Source: Amphiscolops sp. MND2022 | Lineage: Eukaryota | Assembly: GCA_964187785.1 (NCBI GenBank) | Contig: OZ076409.1 | Span: 52,020,001-52,084,000, forward strand | Length of the DNA: 64,000 nucleotides | Direction: 5' to 3' | Part shown: piece after piece, positions 46,958 to 59,307 of the stretch | How the letters are laid out: each line of letters opens with the position of its first letter | How positions within the stretch are numbered: position 1 is the stretch's first letter | The notes under the pieces: model-generated | What the model saw: only the letters and a program-made list of their open reading frames with translations | The model's database searches: none | Told to the model about the DNA's origin: nothing | Program-made: the position numbers and the translations under genes

Positions 46958-47152
46958 CTGATAAAGGGAGGGTGTGCGCTGCTCTGTACTGGTGACTGTC
47001 CAGATTCAGGTAGTTAGCGTAGAAGGGGTATATGATGGAAAAGAGGGTTTTCACGATGAAGCCTTGGAATAAGAAATGGAAAAAGAGGCCGTATCCAAAG
47101 GAGTTCCATTTCACGTCTTGGCCTTCGGTCGATTCATCGTCCGATTCGTCCT
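46958..47152 (-). CDS. BT1-family transporter, exon 2
   Basis: First TM helix and IIYPFYANYLNLDSHQY. Joins exon 3 in phase 1 through a GC donor (CAG|GCATGA, 46957). Acceptor inferred. Confidence 0.7.
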
Positions 47153-48793
47153 CTTCAAGTTTGCAAACAAATGAAGTTGTCAAGGCTCATTTCAACATAC
47201 AAAAAGTTATTATGTGCTGCAAAGGTCAATTTGATTTGCTTTTCACTCCTACTGAAGAAAACAGATTTAACGGGAAAAAAGCGTTCGTACCAACAGGAGA
47301 CGAAACTTAGTCCATAAATTAGCCCAACTCTAAGTATAACACTTCAATGAATGCTTTCCATTTTTGATTTTCGAATGAAGTTTACTAAAAAGTTTCCACA
47401 ATAAACAAAAGCAAAACCCGAGTGTCAAAACCATCGAAACGAAAACCAACCATCTATGCTTTTGAGTAAGATGCAGCTGCTTTTTTCCATCTTGCACAAG
47501 TCTTGTCAAATCTTCTTCGTCATAATAAACTTCTTGCAATAGTGCTTCCTCAAAAATTTGCACATTACTTACTAATGTTTTACTATCTTGGCAACGAACT
47601 TGACAAAAGATTTATAATTTATGTTTATCGAACAATAAAATGCCCCCGAATAGTTAAGTATAACCCATTCAAAAGCTTTCGAATTAGAAGTTCATGTCAC
47701 AGAAGACATTAAAATGTGTACCTTATAAACATTGGGTTCATCTAACTGCTTTTCCGACCTTTATTATGACGCAACCGAAATTTGTCAATGGAATTAAAAA
47801 CTGAATACAATTCTATTGCTACTTGCTAGTCATATTGACCCAAATACTTTAGGTTGCCTCGATAGTTTCAGGCTAATTTCCAAAATCAGATACCGTATTT
47901 GCCGTATTTTACCGTATTTTGTTGTATCAGTCGACTCTCTGAAGCTCAGCGGAAATTTACTATTTTATGCTTTGCATTAGTTTCATGACTCGCTGTATAA
48001 GTTGAGCTCAAGTTTTAGGTCAGTTTTCGGTCGGAGAAGGTAGAACTATACACTGGAAAAAACGGCATGCGGCATTCCGGTACTATTTTTAGTCGGTGCT
48101 TCATGGAAAAAACGAGTCTATTATAGTTGCTTTTTGTCCGGTTTTTTAAAATCTGGTCGAAGTATCAAAAATATCTCAAAAATCTACAATACGCCGGAGT
48201 TCTAGAGAGGGCCAAAATGATTCAAAGGGCACTTCCTTCACAATTTGGCAATTTCATTCCAATTAAGAAGCTGTATGTGGGTTTTTCGGCACTCTATGAC
48301 ATTTTTCTAAAGTTTTTCCAAAATGGCTATCCATTTGATTTTTTGGATATTTTCAAGTTGAAATGTTTTAAAATTTTTTGAGCTTCTTGCGAAGGGCGCC
48401 GACTATGCCATTTGCAACTTGCTTCTTTCAGTTTGTATAATTATCCCGCATTTTTCTCTTTTAAAGCAGAAAAAGATGAAATTGCTTGTTGTTTGGCGTG
48501 ATCAGGTTGGCAATCAATCGTACCCCGCCGGTGCTAAACGATAGTCTATCAAAGTACCACCGGTAAATCACCAAGATGGCATCTGCAGCTTTAACAGCGA
48601 TCAATGATGGACCACCTGGTGGAATCACTTTGATCCCACGTGAGGTCACGGGTGGACATCGATAGACCCACGGGCGCTACAAATGGTTCGGACGATACAT
48701 CTGGCAAAAAACCAGAGGATTGTATGTTATAAAACTACAACTGGCACCCAGACAACAAGCTATTGGGTAGCTTCAGAAACACACCAAAATGGA

Positions 48794-48879
48794 CCTTTCG
48801 TGGTCTCATTTTATTTCAGACGTTTTTAAATGCCAGCTGGCATTCAAAACCGTCCGAATTAAAATGAGACCACGAAAGG
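48794..48879. repeat. Loopless 86-bp palindrome
   Basis: 43-bp arms with 4 mismatches, centred on gccagctggc. Confidence 0.9.
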
Positions 48880-49127
48880 ACAGAAAGATATATGAAATCA
48901 ATGCTAATTTGGTCCAAAAATTGTGGGATTTTGATTCATAACTCCGATATATTTTTTACAATCCTGATATTACCACCACCCAATTGCAGGATTTAAATCC
49001 GAACTGTAGAGGAGATTCTCAATCTCCAAATACATCGGGAGTTTTTTAAACTTGAAATGATTACAGCATTACAGCAGCACATTATATCTTTAAACAAAAC
49101 TTCTGTGATAGACAAAAGTAACCGTAT

Positions 49128-49327
49128 NNNNNNNNNNNNNNNNNNNNNNNNNNNNNNNNNNNNNNNNNNNNNNNNNNNNNNNNNNNNNNNNNNNNNNNNN
49201 NNNNNNNNNNNNNNNNNNNNNNNNNNNNNNNNNNNNNNNNNNNNNNNNNNNNNNNNNNNNNNNNNNNNNNNNNNNNNNNNNNNNNNNNNNNNNNNNNNNN
49301 NNNNNNNNNNNNNNNNNNNNNNNNNNN
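49128..49327. other. Assembly gap (200 N)
   Basis: Run of N. Confidence 1.
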
Positions 49328-50345
49328 AAAAATTTTGAATTCATCAAATTCATTTGATGAAATGATCAAAACATAAAAAATCTTTTGTGTACCATTGAAA
49401 AAATGTTCAAAGAGTTAATGCATTCATATTTACCATTTATACAGAGAGGGTACCCGCTTATAGAGAACATCACATCAAGTTGTATGAAATTTTCAAGAAA
49501 AGCTTTTTGTCGTAAGCAGTTAGGATACAGTTGACTCTCAATACTGCACGATCACGTTACTGTACAAACGCCGTTACTGAGGTATTGGAATTCAATCTCT
49601 GTGACACGTCGCTCCACTTCACTTCGCTTTTGCACTTAAAGCACTAGGGGTCGCTGAGCAAGAAATGATTACATTATCGTAATTAGTTCGTCGCCTATTT
49701 TACTGGAATTTGATTGGCTCATCGAATAAAATTTTGCTCACATGATTATGATGCGCAATATCCACTGCGTGTAAACTGCTTTGAAATAATCGGTGAGCGA
49801 GATGCGGATTTGAGATAATCCCAATTACTTGTCAAGAACCCTGGATTTAACTATTTTTGTAATGAGTTTAGGGTAAAAAGTGAAACGATACTTGTGGTAG
49901 AGTTGATGTAATACTATATCATAACCTTGACATAGCGTGAGAAAGTTGATTTTGTGAAAAAGAATAAACAAGTATTTATTCAAAACCTGCCAAAGTGAAC
50001 TAAAGTGACAGAACATCACAAACTGTCATAATAGACCGTTACAAAATATAGTTTTGCTATCTATCTACTTCTTCAGCTGCATCAGTTCGTTAGTGGTCAA
50101 CAATACTGCTAAAAGGGTATAATTACGATACGATTTCCTTTACCAAAATTCAGTTCAAAAGTTTTTTTCATAATTCTGGAATAATTGGTTCACCAAACGA
50201 TACACCATTTTTTGAGCGTAAGTTGTCATCGAAGAGAAAAGAGCCCTAAAGCGTGAGTTCATTAGAAAATCATTCGGTAGAATTTGTAGTTGTTGAATTA
50301 AGTAGTCAGTGAAGTCACATCCGACACCAAAGTCACCTAGAATCG

Positions 50346-50750
50346 AAACAAAGCGGGACCGTCCCAAGTCGGCGCCATATCTAACGCTCAAAAATAGCAA
50401 AAGGAATTCAAGGTGTCGAAGTATTCTCTTCTTTAGCACGCGAAAAACCCAAAATTTGGACCAAATTGGCGCGCCAGGGGGACACTTCGAGATTTTTCAA
50501 CATCCATTCTGTCGCAAAACTAAAAAAAATACTGAAAAGCGGGACCCTGTAGTCTCGCCCGGTTTTGTATGTTACGCGGAAAAAAAGAAAAACTTTTTTG
50601 GTTCAGTTCCTTGGGCCAACAGGTACAATTTAAAACTCTGTAGAACTTTTGGCAGAACAGTTTTGGTCACTGCAGGTGTATCGGAAAAAACACTGACGAA
50701 AAGCCTTGACTATAGTCGCCTCTTTTCTTAAGAAAAGCGCCGACTAAAAA
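50346..50750 (-). mobile_element. Complete HINE/DINE-1-like non-autonomous Helentron-type element
   Basis: Subterminal inverted repeats AGTCGGCGC (50368) and GCGCCGACT (50737), short stem-loop GGGACCGTCCC next to one end, A/T-run ends, no TSD. Confidence 0.65.
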
Positions 50751-52962
50751 GAGATCGAGGCCTTAAAGTCGTACGTAAAAGGATTTAACCAATGAGATAC
50801 AAAAAAGATAGCAAAGTTCCAGAAAGAACTTCTTCATTAGTTGAACTTAGAACGTCAAAATGCCGTTGTAAAAAATGTTGAGAACTAAAGGAGATTCTTA
50901 TATCTTTTATGCTCCTGATAAAAATCCTCGAAAAACGTTGACGCTCAAAACAGAGGGACTCTAGCTAATTTCGCTTGATATTTTGATCAGCGATACTGTT
51001 CAATGATACTCTTCTGTGTGTTTACTGTGAACGACCTTCAATGAAGAGTTTCTGCATTATTTTGCTGTTGCTGAAAAAAACGGAACACATTTTATGGTCA
51101 AAAATTTGCAAAAACTCTTGGTGTCCGTGGATTTCAGGTTCCCCAATATATCTATGAGTCAAAACATTTTTGTGCCTGTCTGCAAAAAAAATCGTATTAG
51201 GAACGCTTTTGTCATATTGATTTCAACATAATGTTTTTTGATCAAAATGAGCCTATTTTGAACTTTCAGTCTAATACAAAATTCATTGAAAAAAAAATTA
51301 ATGCGTTTTGTTTTTGAAACAATCAACATGCTCGAAAAAATTGAAACTAAACTGTCAGTTACTTTTGTGAGGCAATGTAGATAACAGGTAAGTAAGACAA
51401 GAATCATCAAAGTGAACTCTCTATTACATGGTATTTGAATGAAACACCAAAAGTAGTTAGAATCACTTCGCCTTCCCGTGTTTTTTATTAAAGTTACTGA
51501 AAAAAATTAACACTTTTAAGCAAGGATGTTATCGTGACTGAGCAAGGCCATTATTTTGATTCGAACTTCAGGGTAAACTCGTGAGTTTTACTTTCTTTCA
51601 ACAGGAACACGATCATAAAATTCAAAAAAGTTGATTTAATTCAAATGGTTGATGTAGGAATAAAAAGTTTCTACTTGAAACAGCAGAAAAAATCTCATGA
51701 TGACAATCACTAATTTATCTTTTGAAAGGGATTAGGAGTCAGTTTTTTCATGCAAACCTTCAAGTGGTCCGTCTTAAAAAATTTCAATTGAGTAACAAGA
51801 CGGCAACTGACCAGCAAGATATTTTCCGTCCAACCTGTTCAGGCAACGACGTATTTTTGAGGCTCAATAGTAGTCTTCGCACTTTGAAAACGCATAGAAA
51901 TCTGCTGAAAAGGGTTTTTGATCAATGCCATTCAATTTCAGGAGGAAACACTTCAGGAACACCAAAACCAACCGACCAATTTTTTGTAATTTTGCACGAA
52001 AGTTCCAAAAACGTCAAAATCTTTAGAAACCTTTAATTTTTCGACAACTTTGCGGTCATTTGAGGCACTTTCTAAGGAACTGCAGGTAAATTTTCCGAAC
52101 ACGCCGATGTGATACCGGTTTCAAACGTTCTTGAATCACGAAACTATTCGAAAGGCTTACAAAAAAGTATGTTCAAATTTAGAAAGACAAAAAACTTTGG
52201 ACCTTTTGGTTATTTAAGTTGGTCTGACAAGCTATTCACACAAAAAAGTGAAACTTCTTTTTTAAAATTCTGCGTGCCTATTTAAAAATAGATTTCTCGA
52301 ATTTTACGAAAGTTTGGTAATTTATCAAAAATCCATCGAATCCTCAAACAGCTGCCAAAATCAGATTTCTTTCTACTATTTTGGGGGTCATTTTGAAGCT
52401 CTTTTCTGACGTGAAACTGCCATTAATCTTCGAAGAGCCTACTTGAAAACTCATTTAATGGCTGTTGATTCTTCTCGTTCTTCCAACGACGGAAACGAGT
52501 CGAAGAATTCAGAAACTTTGCAAAAAACGTTGCATTGGCTTTTTTTCATTTCCAACTCATCAGGGTCAATTTTGAAGTGTTTTTGAAGCAAAACGTTGCA
52601 ACTCCTTTTTCAAAACAGCTTACTGATTAGCCAGTTTTATCGCTTTTGAGTGTATTGAACCTTCTAGCCACAAAAAAACCACAAACTGTACACATTTTAC
52701 AGGAAGAACGTCAAAATAGAAAGATTTGGGGTTGCAATGTTTTAGGGTAAAATTGAGGCAGATTTCTATTCATAACTTGCATTTTAGGAAAGCCTACTGG
52801 ACATCATCTTCGAAAGATGATGAAACGTTCCAAAGTTCTAATTTAGAAAATTTTTCAAAATTGTGAAAAAAAAGTTGCGTTAAGAAGTGAAAAATTATAA
52901 AACTTCGGTCTCTTTGTTAATTTGCAGTCATTTTGAGGCTCCCTTTGAACATGAAACTGCAT

Positions 52963-54660
52963 TTGATTTTCAAAATGTTTACTTTATTTTGCGTTTGTTT
53001 GCAGTTGAAACTTTTATTTTTGCTAGAACACGGAAATTACGAAATTTCCAACAAAACTAGTTTTCAGAAAAAATTTGGATTTTTGACTCCTTTGTGTCAT
53101 TCTTAGAAAATGTTCTACCTAGTAAACAACATTGTTTTCCTTCAAAATTCGTGCTGCAAAGCTGGATGTATTGTCTGGAGCTTGAGGACCATCTGACTCA
53201 CTAAAACTTTCACAGACAATCACTAAATTTTTCGGAAGTAGGTAAATTTCGGTATTTTATATTTTCACGGGTTTTATGGAGTAATTTTCCAATCACAAAT
53301 CAGCAATTACCTCCGACAAAGGCCAACTGGATGTCAACTGCAATCGTTCTTGAACCATTTAACTTTCCAATACGAATTTTGTAAATGAAATTTAACAGAC
53401 TTTGCACAAAAACGTTTAAACCTTCCATTTTCTGCACCTTCCGACTAACCACGGTTGTTCTGAAGTGTGGCTGATGTGAAAAACTTAGTTTTCTCGTTTA
53501 AAAAACTACCTACCGTCTTTTTTCGCCTTTGATTGTTTTGATCCTTCTAACTCACAAAAACACTCAAACATTACTCAAATAACATGAGAAATTACATGAA
53601 CTGGAAATTTTTGGACTTTTTGAGTTTTGGTCTCAAATTAGGCGCATTGTTCATCAAACAAGACGAGACCGTCTAAAGTCGGCGCCATATTTAAGGCTCA
53701 GAAAGCGCAACCTTTTTTTTGAAAACAACTTGTAATTTTTGAAAAAAAAATTTCTCTCACAAAAAAAGTCGCATAGTGCCAAAAAATGTAAAAGGGGGAC
53801 CTTTCTGGGTTTGATTTTCAAAATATTTACTCTAATTTGCGTTTGTTTGCAGTTGAAACTTTTATTTTTGCTAGAACACGAAAATTACGAAATTTCCAAC
53901 AAACCTAGTTTTCAGGAATAATTTGGATTTTTGTTTCCTTTGTATCATTCTTAGAAAATGTTCTACCTAGTTAACAACATTGTTTTTTTCAAAATGCGTG
54001 CTGCAAAGCTTGATGTATTTTTTGGAGCTTGAGGACCATCTGCCTCACTAAAACATTCACAGACAATCACTGAACTTTTCGGAAGTAGGTAAATTTTGGT
54101 ATTTTATATTTTCAATGGTTTTATGGAGACATTTTCCAATCACAAATCAGCAATTACCTCCAACAAAAGCCAACTGGATATCAACTGCAATCGTTCTTGG
54201 ACCATTTAATTTTCCACTACGCAATTTTTTAAATGAAATTTCACAGACTTTGCACAAAAACGTTTAAACCTTTCATTTTTTCCCCTTCCGACTAACCACG
54301 GTTGTTTTGAAGTGTGGCTGATGTGAAAAACTCAGTTTTCTCATTTAAAAAACTACCTACCATCTTTTTTGCCTTAGATTGTTTTGATCCTTCTAACTCA
54401 CAAAAATACTCAAACATTACTCAAATAACATGAAAAGTTTAATAAACTGGAAATTTTTGGACTTTTTGAGTTTTGGTCTCAAATTAGGCGTATTGTTCAT
54501 CAAACAAGACGAGAACGTCTAAAGTCAGCGCCATATCTAAGGCTCAAAAAGCACCAAACATTTTTCTGGAAAAGAAACTTGTAATTTTTTGAAAAACTTT
54601 TTTCTTTCAAAAAAAGTCGCATAGTGCCGAAAAATGTAAAAAGAGGGACCCTTCTGGATT
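52963..54660. repeat. Tandem duplication, unit about 848 bp
   Basis: 52963-53810 is repeated at 53811-54660 with scattered substitutions. Each unit ends inside a HINE-like copy. Confidence 0.92.
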
Positions 54661-54977
54661 TTAAGATATATGCCGTTGCCATTGGGAACATTAAAAAATT
54701 TTCGAAAAAAAGGCGCACAGTGCCGATAAAAATTCAAGGGGGGACCCTTTAGGCACTTCCGGTTTTGTAGGTTTCCTTGAAAAGTGAAAAAATGAAAGCG
54801 GGAAACCCTTTGGACCAAGTCTCTCTTGGCCGGACTTGGCCTCAGGTGCTCAGGTGGTTTCAGGATTGTTTCTAAAAAGTAGACCGATCAGTGAGAGGAT
54901 TGTAGTCTGAAGAAAAAAAAAACAGTCACTGCTATAGTCGGGCATTTTTCACTTACAGGAAAAGCGCCGACTAAAAA
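54502..54977 (-). mobile_element. Complete HINE-like element
   Basis: aaacaagacgaga..aagtcagcgccatatctaaggctc at one end and atagtcgggc..aaaagcgccgactaaaaa at the other, as at 50346-50750. Confidence 0.65.
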
Positions 54978-56397
54978 CTGCATCTATCCCCTTCAAAAGC
55001 CTTCTGGACATAAAATCAGTTGTTGTTGTTGAACGGTGCCAGAGTTCTAATCCTTGGAAAGGTAGAAAACTTCACGAAAATTGGGTTAGAAAATCAAAAA
55101 TTAAAAAAAATCAACAACTTTTGAGTTTTGGGTCAGTGTGGCTTTTTTCGTACAAAACAGCAATTTACCACCCGAACAACCCTATTGGACAACAAGTACA
55201 TTCGTTGTTGAAAGTTTTCAACGTTCTGATCCACGAAATCTTTTGAAAAGTTGACTAAAGTTATGTAGAAACGTGAAATATTGATAAATTTTGGAACTTT
55301 TGTCAGTTTCGGTCGCAATTTGAACCTTTTTTGTACGAAAACAGTTGATTTCTTCATGCAAACGTCCCGAACATCGAATTCGTTCCTTGTTGAACTTCTT
55401 GAACATTCTAAGCCAGCAAGTTTATCAAAAATTTGACAAAAACTGCAGAAACATGTTAAAAATCTAAACTTTTTGGAGTTTTTTCAATTTCCGTCTGAGT
55501 TTAAGGCATTTTCCATTGAAAAATTGCATTTATTTTTTTTCAAAAAGGACATTTTTTTTCGTTTTTGAACGTTTTCAACATTCTAAGCCATCAAATCTAC
55601 CGAAAAGCTAAAAACATTTGCATGAATTTCTTCCCAGTTTTGTCATACTTGTGTCAACCAAATAAGGTCAAAAATCTCTACAAATACATATCGGACGATA
55701 ATAATTTTCAGTCAGTTGAATTGTATGGGTAAAACTCTTCAACGTGGATATAAATTTGGTGCTTGGCATATTTTGTGAAAAAACTGTTTGATTTAAACAT
55801 TTTCCTTTTCCATGCGAAATTTGGACGGAAAATAATAAACTTAGACCTTAGACCCAATAAGGCTTGTGTTCTTGAGTTGAAGGATTTAGTCTAGCGCCAT
55901 TTCAAGGGGAGTTGGTTTCTTTTACGGTGATTATAAGGTTCTTACTGATTAATTGCGAAACGTTGCAGCATGTTCTCTAATGCTTTTGATTTTAATATAC
56001 AAGATAGATAAACTTTATAGATCTATAGAAGCTTCCTTAATTACACGATAAAACGTGAGCAAAAACAACAAAATCATGAAAAATTGCTCTTACTGATATC
56101 AAGTGTCTTTTCTCAGCCAATCATTTTCCTTTATCCTTTGATTACCTTCTAATCAACTCAATAATTGAAACCTCAATTTTGTGTTAAAGGAATTTTTGTT
56201 GAGTTTATTGGATTAAATTTACCTTTACTCAACTTCCGAAGCGAATATAAGTTTTAAGCGGAAGCTATCATTAAATAAAAGGTTTTCAAAATGGGTTTTT
56301 AGAAACTGGTTTCGAATTTGGTCGAATTCTTGAGGAGCATTGTAAATGTACTTGATTTTAAACGGTTGATTTGAAACGAGCCTTTTTTCAATATTAC

Positions 56398-56611
56398 CTG
56401 GATCTTCCGGTAGAGTTTTCAACTCCATACCTTGTGCTCCGCCTTCTTTCTCAGCGTTGTGGTTAGAGTTTCGTCGACTTCCGTCAAAGTCGGGTCTGAG
56501 ACTGGAACTTCGTCTACTCCCCAAAAACCGACCCGTGTCGGGTAACTCGATACTTTGCAAATCAGTAGAGAAACGTCTCACATCAAGTAAATTTTGTTCA
56601 GCAATGCTCAT
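56398..56611 (-). CDS. Probable first coding exon of the BT1-family transporter (hydrophilic N-terminal tail)
   Basis: ATG-initiated Ser/Arg-rich frame ending at the donor CAG|GTAATA in phase 1, which fits the phase of exon 2. Linkage crosses an assembly gap. Confidence 0.55.
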
Positions 56612-59307
56612 TTCAGAAGCTTATTGCGGAGAAATATTAGGAAGGAACAAAATGATAATAATTTTTTGTATTGATAATGTGCCGTGCTTGTAATAAGTTA
56701 TGTTAATTGACAATATGTGCTACAGTTATAAAGTATATGAAGAGAAATGAAATGCGATTAGAATCAAATTACAGTTTCATTTCTTTTCATCATGGAAATA
56801 TTCTTGTGATCATTTCTTAGGCTGAATTGGAATTTAAGCTAGCTATACAGTAGTAGTTAGCTCTATCCAACGTGGCTGGCTGGTTATTTTCTGTTTCTTG
56901 TGCTTCAAGAGCAGAAGAATTACCGAATATCTTCTCGATAAATCAAGCAATAGAAGAAGTTGTAGAACTATTATCGGATAAGGCTGCAAAGTAAGTATGT
57001 TCAAGCGAACACCCTTATCTGGTTTGAATAATCTTACAATATCTCCACTAACTTAACTCAAGGAGGCAAAAATATGAATGAGGCAAATCTTTCATTTAAT
57101 TAAACTAAGTACGCTCGTACATTTATCATAACCCAAACTATTCGGTTTATAATGAAAGGTCTCCGAAATGAGTACATAGCAGTATTTTTTTTTACAAACT
57201 GCCACCTGCTAAAATGGCTGTTTCCTCTCCTTTTGAAATCCAGAATTGTGAGGAGTTCACTGATTTATGAGTAGCCGGGGAAATGAGAAAAGGATGAAGT
57301 TTGAGGTTATGTAAACTTGGGATACAAACAGTGTTCAAATAGAGGAATCTTAAGATGAGCGATTAGACACGGTATGTCAACTTGAACGACTCAAAGAGCC
57401 CGCCGTTTTATTCGCCTTCCTATCTCAAACGCCTTCTGAACTGAGATAAAACTCAATGGAAGAAAAATCAACAGCTTTGCGAAGCAAACACGCTTTTATT
57501 TTAAGTTACTACTACACGACTCAGCTCCAAATGCCTTATAGAGGAAATTGGGCTCCGTAACTTTGATTGACGTTTTCATGAACACAATTTAATGTCAAAC
57601 TTGCGGAGATTGATTCAAGAATCGGGTCAAATTGATGCAAAGTTGATAAAAACATGAATGCGATTCCTGCAAGCACTTTTGAACTTGGGGTTAAAGCCAA
57701 TTTAAGCAAAGTGCTCCGAAAGTAGATTCTGACCCTATGCTGTTTTATGTGCTTTCATCAAAAGAATACCTGCACGCTTAACTGTTTTTATGAGAAACTA
57801 TGTATGAATAAACTTTTGTTCTCAAATGACACTAAGTTCATAATAAAACGCAATTTTTAATCTCGCTGTAAAATTCGCACGTATCAACTGGGGAGAGGTA
57901 CGTTCCTCAGGTGCAGGGTTACAGACCCGAAAGCTCTGGGATACTCACAAATCCCGTTGCTGGTAAGAGGTTGCTTACTAGAGTAATTCGGGGTAAACCA
58001 ATCCGCCGAAGTTACCCTAAGAAAACCTATGGAGAATGCACTCAGTCCACAGGGTTCTTGTACCCACTTGTAAAAATGCTCTGGCGACAGTTGACGGAAA
58101 ATTACTTTAACTAAATCGACTGAAGAATTTAGTTTGAAAGAATAGGCTTGAATTAGTAAAGGAACTTGGAGCTTTGATTAGAATACCCGCCTTCTGATTG
58201 GCAGGACAAAAAAGCAAGAATAGTAGTACATAGGTATTATGTACAATATATTCGAATTGTATTATCAGAAAAAAAACTTTTGGTATTGTTTATGAAATCA
58301 TAAACATATTTGACCAAAGTGGGGTTCAAAATAACAACCGTTCATTCTGAAATCCCGCTCAAACGACTGAGCTTTCTCATATCTGGCCTGTTTCAAGTCG
58401 ACAGGTCGGATTTTATGTGGAATATTTTTTCGACTTGGTGTGAAATCGATAAGAACCGAAAAAGAAATCGATAATTGATTTTTTAAAATTTATTGAAAGC
58501 GCCGACCGAAAACGTTTTAGTTGCAAATACCTAAAATTATGACATCCAATGTTTCATCTTCCTATGCAATTGATGAATCGTCGCCGAATTGCATTCTTTG
58601 CCGAATTAGGCTTTCCAATTTTTCATAAATGTTGGCAACATTCACTACTTCAGTTTATTGCTCATGGCGAAAATGACTATTTGCATTCACTTCTCGAAGG
58701 TCACAAAATCTATCAGTGAACTGGAAACAGGCCCCAGCAGGACACAATATTATTTTTGTTTTAGGCTACAATAACCATAAACTTCAAAGTTCAATAATAC
58801 AAACATACTGTGCGTCAAATAACTACAGTACTGTGATAAAAGAATGGAACCCTTAAGTGAATATGTATTGAACTCTCCATTTTTCTGCTAAAATCTCTAA
58901 AACAATTAATTATCAGAGTTTCAGTGTCTCTTACAAAATATGCTTAGAAATTGATCTAATTTACATTCGTGTCTGCTTGCAATTTCTATGACAAATATGG
59001 CGGATTTGAGTTCAAGACATCTATGTATTAGGATTGAAATTTGTTTTACAATTTAAGTTTCTGCTTCTTGTGTACTCTAGAGACAAATTTAATTGGGTTT
59101 GTATTTATCTGGCTGTTTTTCAGTGTCCATTGATTGCATTGTCAAATTTTGAGGCCCTTGGTTCGCACGTCAGAAGAAAATTCACATGCTGCTATGAAAA
59201 CTTTCCGGTACAGTTTAACTTCAGGATTACACACCTAGATGGGAGAAAACGCTCAAGTACGTTATTCTGGAGTGTGTGTTATAAGCAAAAAGACAAAATG
59301 ATGAAAA

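Noticed and set aside
47330..47563. 77-aa ORF with one hydrophobic stretch
   Set aside because: No family motif and no splice sites linking it to the transporter.
49057..49369. ORFs spanning the N run
   Set aside because: Artefacts of the assembly gap.
57880..58100. GC-richer island, possible SINE or structured RNA (weakly similar to 330-400)
   Set aside because: No A/B boxes, TSD or convincing fold identified.
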